A stretch of 63,284 bases of DNA, the filler included, from Stramenopiles sp. TOSAG23-3 (lineage: Eukaryota), in assembly GCA_900128585.1 (NCBI GenBank). It is 8 parts of 8 records of this genome, joined end to end, with 100 filler letters (N's around TTAATTAATTAA, not from the genome) between each part and the next. Parts side by side here need not be neighbours in the genome. Positions count along the whole stretch, not along the records: positions 1 to 8,750 come from LT642987.1; 7 more parts are not named here. One strand, given 5' to 3'. The position numbers and the translations under genes are program-made. Every line of letters begins with the position of its first letter. Positions within the stretch are counted from its first letter, which is position 1. The notes beneath the pieces were generated by a model that saw only the letters and a list, made by a program, of their open reading frames with translations, was not told where the DNA came from and ran no database searches. Of the stretch, positions 1 through 8,850 are shown piece by piece.

Positions 1-1005
1 GCACAGGGAATACGGGGTTTAACGGTGGAGTCGTGCCAGCGTGTGAGTGCGAAGGGGTTGGATTCCGGGTGCGTGCGTGTAAAGATAAAAGCGGCGGCCA
101 TAAATTACCCAGATTTGCTAATGACATGTGGGGCCTATCAGTACAAGCCCAAATTACCGTACGTGCCCGGGACAGAAGCGTGTGGTATCGTAGTTGAAGT
201 TGGGGGGAAGGTGACAAAAACAAAGGTGGGCGACCGTGTCGTATGTTACGGTCGTGAAGGAATGATGCAAAGCTACGTTACTGTGCAAGAGAAGGCTTGC
301 AGGCCTATGCCAAACGAGTTGTCGTTTCGGGAAGCCGCGGCATTCAATGTGGCGTACTCAACAGCATACCATTGTTTAGTGGAACGTGCGGGGCTGAAGC
401 CAGGAGACTCCCTGCTTGTAAATGGGTCTACGGGTGGGGTAGGATCCGCTGCGGTCCAGATTGCCTTGGCGATGGGGTGCAGAAAAGTAATTGCGACCGG
501 GGCATCGAAGAAAAAAATGGACCTGGTAAAGGCCACATTATGTCCTCACCACGTTATAGATTTTGAAAGCATCAGCCTCGACAGTATGCCAGCAGTGGTG
601 AAGGGGTTGACTGGCGGGCAAGGGGTTGACGTTGTGTATGATCCAGTTGGTGGAGATATTTGGACCAAGAGTTTGCAATCGACGGCGTACGGCGCGCGAG
701 TGTGCATAGTCGGCTGGGCAAGCAACGTGCAACCAACGGTTAGGACCAATTACATTTTGATAAAAGGGTTAACGGTCTTAGGGTGCCGCGCAGGAGAGAG
801 TGCCCGACGCGGGATGGTCGATAGAGAACAGCGCGCCTCGGCGCTGTACAAGATGGTCGAAGACGGGCTGCTAAGGCCGACGGTATCGCATGCCTTCCAT
901 GTTTCGGACGTGAGGAAAGCCTTTTCGGCAGTGCACGAGAGGCAGGTGATAGGAAAAGCCGTAATAACCTTTGAGGGCGACGGTCTGACCAGGAGTAAAA
1001 TGTAG
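1..1005 (+). CDS. Zinc-independent MDR family NADPH:quinone oxidoreductase (zeta-crystallin-like), 5'-partial, peroxisomal PTS1
   Basis: Motifs AAAINYPDLL, PYVPGTEACG, nucleotide-binding GSTGGVGSAAVQIA, GVDVVYDPVGG and GKAVI. Ends in SKM (PTS1-like). The frame is open back to base 1. Confidence 0.9.
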   Translation, partial: AQGIRGLTVESCQRVSAKGLDSGCVRVKIKAAAINYPDLLMTCGAYQYKPKLPYVPGTEACGIVVEVGGKVTKTKVGDRVVCYGREGMMQSYVTVQEKACRPMPNELSFREAAAFNVAYSTAYHCLVERAGLKPGDSLLVNGSTGGVGSAAVQIALAMGCRKVIATGASKKKMDLVKATLCPHHVIDFESISLDSMPAVVKGLTGGQGVDVVYDPVGGDIWTKSLQSTAYGARVCIVGWASNVQPTVRTNYILIKGLTVLGCRAGESARRGMVDREQRASALYKMVEDGLLRPTVSHAFHVSDVRKAFSAVHERQVIGKAVITFEGDGLTRSKM

Positions 1006-1018
1006 CCTTTGCTTTTTT

Positions 1019-1550
1019 TAATTTAAAAAAAAAAATATGTAGTATGCTTTAAGACTCTCATTTTAAATCAATTACTATTTCAGTTTATTCAGTTATCACG
1101 TGTTTACCTCTTACGAATTTTAAGCCCTAAGGTATGTAAGTGCTTGACAAACTTTAGTGGACGAAAACTTTAGATTTGCAGATCGAAGTTATAAAGCACC
1201 CAAAATATACGCCGCTGTTTTTATTTAGATTTACGAACTCCAAATCATTGAATAGGGGTCATTTTCGCGGTACACGAAGACCGATAAATTTTAATTTGTG
1301 TATCATACTTAATAAAAACAAAAAATTGGCTGTTATTTAAGTATCATATCATATAATATCATAATTTTATTTTAATCTTCCTCATGTACCGCGAAAATGA
1401 ATCTGCTCCTTTTGTCCATTAAATGTTTTAAGGTTACGTTCCTTCATGTACTGCGAACTTATCTCTGCTCTTGTGGTTTTACTAAATCAACAGTCAACTC
1501 TTTGTTTTTAATTTCGATAAACTGAATAATTAGTTTTTTTTTAAATTTAC
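1019..1550. repeat. Dispersed modular AT-rich repeat with internal inverted repeats, between convergent genes
   Basis: Perfect 16-bp inverted repeat at 1259-1274/1385-1400. Core AAAATTGGCTGTTATTTAAGTA at ~1322. 26-bp exact inverted match of 1040-1065 to 45036-45061, and 17/18 inverted match of 1509-1526 to 44901-44918. Confidence 0.7.
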
Positions 1551-1565
1551 ATGATCAAGGACTTG

Positions 1566-4322
1566 CTAACGGTACTTCCCTTTCCCTCGTTTCCGTTTGT
1601 ACATTTTCCAATAGTCGTAGGCGGTAGCTTGCCCCCTCTCTTTGTCCGTCGTTGGAAGTAGCTGCTTCATCATACACCACTGTGCATCCTCGGCAGCCGT
1701 AGACTCGTCCGACATCAACATCATGACGCGCTCATGGTACTTTCGAACATTTATCCACTCGTAACCCCCGTCCAGGGAGGGGTAAACAAATCGATGCTTG
1801 CCTTTGACGGGGTTGAATTTGGTGATTCCTGCCTGGATCCACTGGCCGTCGCGGTTGTTCCGAACGCGGGCTTTCATGCCGACCAAGCTGCGCTCCCATT
1901 CCTTTTCCATGTATGGGTTGTCGAAGCGCTTTCGGTTCTCTTTGAGACTCCACCAGAACTTCGTGCCGTCCTCTTCGTCGTAATATTCTTCCCAGTCCTC
2001 ATCGCTTTCGCTGGCGCTATCCCCTTGCATGCCGCGCAAATACAGTCTATTGTCCGCCCGCCCTCGCGCTACAGTACTTTCCATCATCCTCTTATGCATG
2101 ACCGCTCGTCGAAACGGCAAATCTTTCAAAATCTTCCAGTGTTGGATCTTGCTCCCACGGTACAACGCCTGGATCTGGGACGCGGCGTCGAACTGTCGCT
2201 TGTACTCGAACGGGTCATCCTTTTTCAGCTCACTTTGGGTCTTCCACATAGATCCAATCTTTGCAACGGCCAGATTGCGTTGCATGCCCTCCACTCGCTG
2301 TCGCAACCTTTCTTCGTGCACAATGCGCCTGCAAATCATGATCCTGACCTGGCACTGTATCTTTTCAGCAGCTTTATTTTCTGTCCACCATTTCTGGTAC
2401 CATGCCGCGTACAGGCGACGACGCAATACTATCGCATTGGCCATTCGAATGAAGCACTGGCATCGAAGCACGGCGTGCTGAACATCACTCTCACGGTGCC
2501 GATCTTCTTCCGATTTTCCACCAGCAAACCTTCGCCCAAGGTGGCCGCGGTACATTCTTTGTATACACGTTGCCGACCGCGCCCTGCGGCGACGACGGAG
2601 CAGTTCGCGAAGGGCCAAAATCGACCGGTAAGCGGCACTGCAGTCACTGTCGTAGAACCTACCGAAATAACCCCGGTACAATCCCTGGATTCTTGCAGCA
2701 GCATCGTTAAGCCTTTTCACCAGCTGTCTGAAGACAGCAGTCCGCTTCATCTTTTGCCTTGCTAAAAACACGCGCGCGTTACCGTTGATCACTTGGGCAG
2801 CCGCAAACTTGCGCCTGTACTCGCAGGCCCACCCCGCTGTCCTCTTCTTCAATATGTACAGTCGGGCACAGCGTCCTATCCTGCTTGACATGCTGTTTTT
2901 AAAATCCCTCTTTTTCCGCTCGTGCATCTTCTTTGCAAAATTCACACGCAGCATGCACTGTATGTGGGTCGCTGCCCCGTCCTTGAAGAACCTTGTTTGA
3001 GCTTTCAGCTTCTCGTATATTATATGGTCCATTGGTTTAAGCCCATAAAACTCATCGGCCACCCGCGCATACGTTAGTACGTTCCGAAGGGAGACTAATG
3101 TCGTCACCTTAAATCGAGACTGGCAGTTTTCAAGCACCAACAAACACAAGACAGTGCAGTTCTTGCTCACCGCAAGCATCATGTGCTCATTCACTAACCG
3201 CACGCTTGTTAAATTGAGCGCTTGCAGTCCCGGGGTACCCTCTGACAGCAGAACGATTCCACGGTTGGTGATCTTGTAACACCTTGTTAAATTTAAACTT
3301 AGTAATTTTGGGCAATGGATGCCTATTGCGGACATCGCCACATCCCCCACATTCCAGCAGTCTGTTAAGTTCAAAACCTGAAGGTTTGGCGAACCCTTTG
3401 CCAGCGCAACGACCGCCAAGTCGGACAATCGTTTCAACCCCTCCAGGTTAATAAAGCGCAATTTGTGCACCGCGTTGCCTACCTCCACGAACCCCCTGCA
3501 CTTCATCTTGGTGCAGTAACTTGCGTCGAGCGATTCCAGCGACCTGCACGACGTCTTCATTTGTCCAGTGGTCACAATTCCAGCAATCGACATGAGCGTT
3601 TGGGTGGTGAGCCGCTTTGCGCGCGATATGCACAAATACTTCATGACCTCGCTGCTGTGCGCAATCAAGTGTCTCATCGAGGCATCTTCGATGTTTTTGC
3701 AGCTGCTCAGGTCGCAATATACTAGCGGGTGGAGCCGCGTTGCAATCAACTTCATCGTCACCGTGTACAGCGATGCACACTTCTTTGCAACCAAATGTGT
3801 AACGTTCTTCCCGAAAGGCCCCAGGGTGAGCACGCGCACCCCATCGGGCGTCAAGTTTTGCAGGTACGATATGTCCAAATAAGTGCATTTGACGCACCTG
3901 TTACCGACGTGCCATAAAACTCCTTCCATTTCCTCGTGTGTCAGCTGTTTTGCAACGCTCAGGTCTATTTTCTCGCGATGCAGCGAGTCTTTCATTGGCT
4001 CGAACTTTTCTTGCACAAAGTCGTCGTTTTTTTTCTGTTTTTTCATCAGTGCAAAAAAATGTTTCCAGTACTTTTTCGCAGCTTCTGCGTTGTATTTGTA
4101 AACATCCTCCGGTATGTTTAATTTTGGCGAACCCCACGGGTAATGTATTTTCACCGGTTTCTTTACATGTGGGGACTTTGGCGATTGTTTGTCGTGGTCG
4201 AATATGGGCCTTTTAACTTTAGTATTAACTGGTGAGCAACGGTCGTAGTCGTGCACCAGCGCTTCAATGGTTCGTTGAAACGCGCGGTCTTTCAACTTTG
4301 CCTCTCGCTTCGCATTGATCAT
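1566..4322 (-). CDS. Leucine-rich repeat (AMN1/FBXL-type) protein with IQ motifs, WW domain and C-terminal Tudor-like segment
   Basis: Cys-containing LRRs (LQVLNLTDCWNVGD, LLSLNLTRCYKITN), several IQ motifs (IQGLYRGYFGR, IQRMYRGHLGR, IQALYRG) and WW-like DWEEYYDEEDGTKFWWS...P. Confidence 0.8.
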   Translation of the reverse strand: MINAKREAKLKDRAFQRTIEALVHDYDRCSPVNTKVKRPIFDHDKQSPKSPHVKKPVKIHYPWGSPKLNIPEDVYKYNAEAAKKYWKHFFALMKKQKKNDDFVQEKFEPMKDSLHREKIDLSVAKQLTHEEMEGVLWHVGNRCVKCTYLDISYLQNLTPDGVRVLTLGPFGKNVTHLVAKKCASLYTVTMKLIATRLHPLVYCDLSSCKNIEDASMRHLIAHSSEVMKYLCISRAKRLTTQTLMSIAGIVTTGQMKTSCRSLESLDASYCTKMKCRGFVEVGNAVHKLRFINLEGLKRLSDLAVVALAKGSPNLQVLNLTDCWNVGDVAMSAIGIHCPKLLSLNLTRCYKITNRGIVLLSEGTPGLQALNLTSVRLVNEHMMLAVSKNCTVLCLLVLENCQSRFKVTTLVSLRNVLTYARVADEFYGLKPMDHIIYEKLKAQTRFFKDGAATHIQCMLRVNFAKKMHERKKRDFKNSMSSRIGRCARLYILKKRTAGWACEYRRKFAAAQVINGNARVFLARQKMKRTAVFRQLVKRLNDAAARIQGLYRGYFGRFYDSDCSAAYRSILALRELLRRRRRARSATCIQRMYRGHLGRRFAGGKSEEDRHRESDVQHAVLRCQCFIRMANAIVLRRRLYAAWYQKWWTENKAAEKIQCQVRIMICRRIVHEERLRQRVEGMQRNLAVAKIGSMWKTQSELKKDDPFEYKRQFDAASQIQALYRGSKIQHWKILKDLPFRRAVMHKRMMESTVARGRADNRLYLRGMQGDSASESDEDWEEYYDEEDGTKFWWSLKENRKRFDNPYMEKEWERSLVGMKARVRNNRDGQWIQAGITKFNPVKGKHRFVYPSLDGGYEWINVRKYHERVMMLMSDESTAAEDAQWCMMKQLLPTTDKERGQATAYDYWKMYKRKRGKGKYR

Positions 4323-5104
4323 TTTCCACAGGACGCCGCACAGCCGTTATTGTACACCTTGCATTTGCCTTTCTATTCTACGAACGGATGATCGGTTTCA
4401 ATGGATTTAATGAAGGTTTTCTTTCGGGGGTGCAACAGAACACTTTTGGTTTCAGCGCATAAGCCGCAATTTGTAAAGATTTGAAATCTAATCAAAAGAC
4501 AAACTAATAATACGTACTGAACATATTCCTTTCTTTCTCACAAATATAAACTATGGTGGTTGCTTCGCTAAATTCCAATTATTAAGGGTATTATATATAT
4601 GAGTGGAATGAATGAGGGAATGCTATTTTTGTTCCCAATATAAATATTAATTAGTGAATACATCACAAAGTGAAAAATTAACACTAATACATATCCTTAA
4701 TTCTCGAAAAGGGACGAACTGCCCACTAACGGTAACGATGTTTCCGACAATGTAATATTATTTATTATTATTATGGAAATAATATGATGAATGATGAGGT
4801 AATTTATAAATACCATATTTATATGGAGCACAGTATAACACTATTATATGGTGTTAGAAGTTATAATAATATAGACTAATAATACGATAAAGCTGTAAAG
4901 TGTAGAGAGGAGAGAGGACTATTTTACTAAAAATACTGATTTTTTTAGGGGCATCGATCGAGTACGAGCAGGACTTTATAATATTGTAATTCTTAGATTT
5001 TAAATTTAACGTCACGTAAGAAGTACCGGTGCCCGCTATTTCTAGTTTGAAGTTTCAAGGGGACCACTTAAGTTGCCCCCGATAAGCAGTAATCGGTGAT
5101 TGAT

Positions 5105-6268
5105 TTACCTACTTGGTGCAACAGCCTTGGCGAAACCAACCTGACTGTTGACTGGGTCGAAGGACGAGTAGTACGCTCGAAGGAATGGGTCCCCTAAGAT
5201 CCAAAGGCCAAGTTGGTCCATTGCTTGCATGCCTAGCTGGCACTCCTCTGGTCCACCAGGGGATACGGGCGCCTTGATGACGTAGAATTCAGGCCCTAGA
5301 TCAAAATCCTTTCCAGCGAACGTAAAGGTTATCGTTGGTAGGCTTTTGACGTTCGAACAATCGGACGAGACGTTGCCGATTTTTGCGATGATGGGCGCAA
5401 GTTTCTTTGACGGTCCCGTAAGCACACTCGTTCCTGTATCGACGACCATTTTGCACTTGTTTCCCGACAAAAAACCTTTGCAAGACCCGAGCGAGGTACC
5501 ATCGATCTTAATGTCGTCTCCGTTGATGAGCCAATAGCCAGCGTTCCCGAGGAACTTTTGCGTAGGAATGTACGTGAAGTCTCCCTCGTAGAAGTGTGAA
5601 TTGGTGCCACCCAAAGTTAACACCGAAGTCGGTTTCTCCTCGGAGCTCAAATAGAAACCGTAAATGTTCGATTCCAATACTTTTTCCTTCATCAGGTAGC
5701 TGAACGGGGTTGGCACTTGGTCCACGGCAATGCCAGGCAGGCCCATCCCACAAATTCCATCAAAGGGGACTTCCTCCCAGACTGCACCAGGCTCGTTGGT
5801 CACTTCTCCGAACGTGGCGTTATGCACTGTAAAGTTTCCCCACGACATCGAGTCATCCGATAAGAAACCGCTGCATACACCACTGCCATACGGCAAAGTG
5901 AATGCTTTGCCGTTCGGGGAGTACGTAGACGACTTTGTGTGGTCGTAAAGGGAGTGGTTTGCGCAGGACGGATACTTTGACTTGTCACAAGTCGAACTGG
6001 GAACCCACAAGTTGCTGGAACCGGTGTCGAAAATGGTGAGGAATTCCTGGGGCGGGGTTCCCATGGCGATTGGACCATAGTATTCACTGTCTTGAAGGTT
6101 TCGCATGACAATATTTCCATTCCCATCCTTTGCATGCTTCAGATTTCCCCTCCACTCCCGTAACTCTTTGTGTTTGGAAACCGTCTTTTTCTTTCGCGTC
6201 AATGGTACGTGGACCATCGCGAACGACGACGTGACAAGAGCCAGAAGGCACAGTACGGTGGCTTTCAT
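5105..6268 (-). CDS. Secreted/lysosomal aspartic protease, pepsin A1 family (cathepsin D-like)
   Basis: Two catalytic DTG motifs (FDTGSSNLWV, VDTGTS), flap YGSG and WILGDPFLR. Signal peptide MKATVLCLLAL begins at ATG 6268. Confidence 0.95.
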   Translation of the reverse strand: MKATVLCLLALVTSSFAMVHVPLTRKKKTVSKHKELREWRGNLKHAKDGNGNIVMRNLQDSEYYGPIAMGTPPQEFLTIFDTGSSNLWVPSSTCDKSKYPSCANHSLYDHTKSSTYSPNGKAFTLPYGSGVCSGFLSDDSMSWGNFTVHNATFGEVTNEPGAVWEEVPFDGICGMGLPGIAVDQVPTPFSYLMKEKVLESNIYGFYLSSEEKPTSVLTLGGTNSHFYEGDFTYIPTQKFLGNAGYWLINGDDIKIDGTSLGSCKGFLSGNKCKMVVDTGTSVLTGPSKKLAPIIAKIGNVSSDCSNVKSLPTITFTFAGKDFDLGPEFYVIKAPVSPGGPEECQLGMQAMDQLGLWILGDPFLRAYYSSFDPVNSQVGFAKAVAPSR

Positions 6269-6831
6269 TGTTGTGTGTTTGGGGTTTGTAAATATTTCGT
6301 TGTTGAATGTTTTTTGCAATGGTACAAGAATTATTCTGTGCTGATATAAAATTTTTTTTTTAATCTACAAAGATTTCTCAGTGTCTTCGAACTCCCATCT
6401 AATGAAAGAAGTAATAACCTTTGTTCCCGAGCAAACGTATTTTTCCAATGTCAATTAAATGTCGAATTTAAAAGTTTTTGGCGCGCTCTTCTATTTATCT
6501 TTTTTTCTTCTTTTTTTTTTTTTTCCATCATCACCATTCATCTCTTCCAAGAAGTAAGGTAAAGAATATCTATCTTTACAAAATGGATGTATTTATTTAC
6601 CACTTCGTAATACATTATATATTATTCTTATATTTCTAATACAAAACAATATTAAATATAAAACATATTCAATTTAAAATGAATACAAATACTTAATTAG
6701 TCTATACAATTTGTGGGGCAAAGTAGTCAAGTCAAGATTTCTATTTTTTTTTTGATTATTTTATTATTATTCCAATTAGTAAGTATATACCATCTATTAT
6801 TTTTATTAATTCGGCCTCTCCTCCTCCTCTT

Positions 6832-6863
6832 TTCTTCTTCTTCTTCTTCTTCTTCTTCTTCTT
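6832..6863. repeat. (TTC)n microsatellite
   Basis: Uninterrupted TTC run in a divergent intergenic region. Confidence 0.9.
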
Positions 6864-7339
6864 GCCGTGCAATACGTACACCACAAAATAGACGACGAAA
6901 AAATATAGAGAAGAGCTCTTCTTATTTTATCTATACACACTATGAAAAGAAAGTGTGTATAGATAATAAAGATATTATTTTTTCTTCTTCTCCTCTCCTC
7001 TCCTCTTCTTCTTCTTCTGTGTTGTCTTTTTTTTTTTTTTAAATAAAAAAAATTATTAATTTTTTATTACTGTATTAATTATTTATATTCGTATCTTTTT
7101 TGGTGACGCGGAATTGAAAAGTGGCAACGGAGTTTGTGTTAACCTGTGAAAAGTCAGTACACAAACAAACCGATTATTATGAATTACAAATAGGAGGTAC
7201 CAGATTAAGAATTAAATAGATCCATGCACTTACAAGAAAAGAAGATAAGCATTTAAGGACGTAAGAGATAGTAGACAAAAGTGCCATCAACTGCAAATTG
7301 CAATTTTATTGAAAGCATATTTATTCTATTCAAGATTAA

Positions 7340-7774
7340 ATGTCCTCTTCGAATTTCGCAATAGCAACCGTCGCGGCGTGCGGAATGATGTTGTTCCTTT
7401 CCACCCTGCGGAAGAACAATGCCTCCCTTGTCAGTGGCGGGGGTCTGGGGGAGGGGGGGGAATTTGTAATTTTGTACGTGACTGTTCCGAATAAAGAAGT
7501 TGGAGAAAAAATAGCAACTCACTTGGTCAATGAAAAGCGTGCAGCTTGTGTTAATGTAATTGATGGGGTAAAAAGTTATTACAGATGGCAGGGGAAGGTG
7601 GAAATTGACAACGAGCAACTTCTAGTTATCAAGAGTAGAAAAACCCTCTTTTCCCTGATTCAGGAAAGTGTTGAGAAATTGCATCCTTACGATACCCCCG
7701 AGATTGTATCGTTCCCGCTTCATGATATTTCTCCAAAATACAGGAAATGGCTTGGGGATAGCACGGACATCTAA
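7340..7774 (+). CDS. CUTA: Divalent-cation tolerance protein CutA with hydrophobic N-terminal extension
   Basis: Motifs LYVTVP, AACVNVI, SYYRWQGKVE and HPYDTPEI. Confidence 0.93.
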   Translation: MSSSNFAIATVAACGMMLFLSTLRKNNASLVSGGGLGEGGEFVILYVTVPNKEVGEKIATHLVNEKRAACVNVIDGVKSYYRWQGKVEIDNEQLLVIKSRKTLFSLIQESVEKLHPYDTPEIVSFPLHDISPKYRKWLGDSTDI

Positions 7775-7925
7775 AGGCAATTTTTGGCGTAGTATTATAT
7801 AGTACGAATATATTTTTCAAACATTTTTAATTTTAAGTTTTAAAAGCAAAACATTTGGCTGCTATTTAAAAAACAAATTATGGCTGCTATTTAAGTTTTA
7901 TAATTCTTAAAATATTTAAAAACCT

Positions 7926-8750
7926 TTAAAAGGTAAAGTCTTGCAGGCGCAGGGCCGATAAAAAAATGTCGACGCTCGCTTTCTGATTACACTTAAAGAC
8001 TGCCGTCAGGTGCCTTGTTTTTGAGTCGAATCTAATCTCTCCGTAAAAGTGGGCGTCTTCGTAGTAATTTTTTGCAAAAAAGTAAACCGTAAATTTGCAG
8101 CCTTTGACCCCTTGGGCAACGACGTGAAAGCCTTTGCTGGCAATATTTTCGGTGACCATTTCTGGGCTTGGAACGGTATTCAACTCGAGCATAACTGTTG
8201 AGTAAACATTCATTTGCGCCCAGGAAAACTCAAAATCCTGCGCTTCAATGTGGCTGCTGTTTGACAGCACGCGGTATTCTACATCGGGTGCCGCGCCTGT
8301 CAGGTCGGCAGAGTGATTGGCCTCGGTGCTCTCCGCCCAACCGTTGCCCTGGTCATCAGTGGTGGTTGCTTCCTGCCCCACTGGCTTTTCCCAAACGCTT
8401 TCAAACGTGACTCTGTGTATAAAGTACTGATTCCCGTGCTCGTCAACATGACGGTCCCAAGGGTCATCGACCGTGTGGTCTTCGTATTCTTCGTGGATGG
8501 AGGCCAAGTTATCGTTCCCCTGGGCATTGTCTTGGTATCCATACTGGTCATGCTAGTTCACCGAGTCGTATCCCCCACTATGGTGCTGAACCGACGTGAA
8601 CGTAGACTCAGCCGGGGCAGATTGCTGGGTGGACGATGCCCCTTTGCCGAATTTTGGCATCCCAGACAAATGACTCTTTTTCTGCTTGGTTGACCCTTTC
8701 GAAGCAAGCGAAAGTTTTGGGACAAACGCCGGTCGGTTGTGGTCTCGTTC
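7926..8750 (-). CDS. WW-domain protein with C-terminal beta-adaptin appendage-like domain; 5'-partial, one in-frame TAG at 8553-8555
   Basis: WW motif PWDRHVDEHGNQYFIHRVTFESVWEKP. The C-terminus (DFEFSW...VVAQG...YFFA...FKC) resembles the B2-adaptin appendage C-subdomain. The frame is open to the contig end except for one TAG. Confidence 0.6.
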
Positions 8751-8850
8751 NNNNNNNNNNNNNNNNNNNNNNNNNNNNNNNNNNNNNNNNNNNNTTAATT
8801 AATTAANNNNNNNNNNNNNNNNNNNNNNNNNNNNNNNNNNNNNNNNNNNN
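8751..8850. other. Artificial contig-joining spacer (N44-TTAATTAATTAA-N44); also at 17599-17698, 26430-26529, 35259-35358, 44066-44165, 52859-52958, 61652-61751
   Basis: The same 100-bp linker with stops in all six frames recurs, and flanking contig lengths decrease or stay equal along the window. Confidence 0.97.

Noticed and set aside
6713-7042. Short ORFs in AT-rich intergenic DNA (also 17743-18176, 20638-20852, 21547-21762, 40445-40801, 54219-54566)
   Set aside because: They are low-complexity I/L/F/Y/S translations of microsatellite-rich non-coding sequence.
8553-8555. TAG reassignment to Gln
   Set aside because: This is a single case. TAG terminates several well-defined genes (1005, 17351, 55180), and long conserved genes have no internal TAG.
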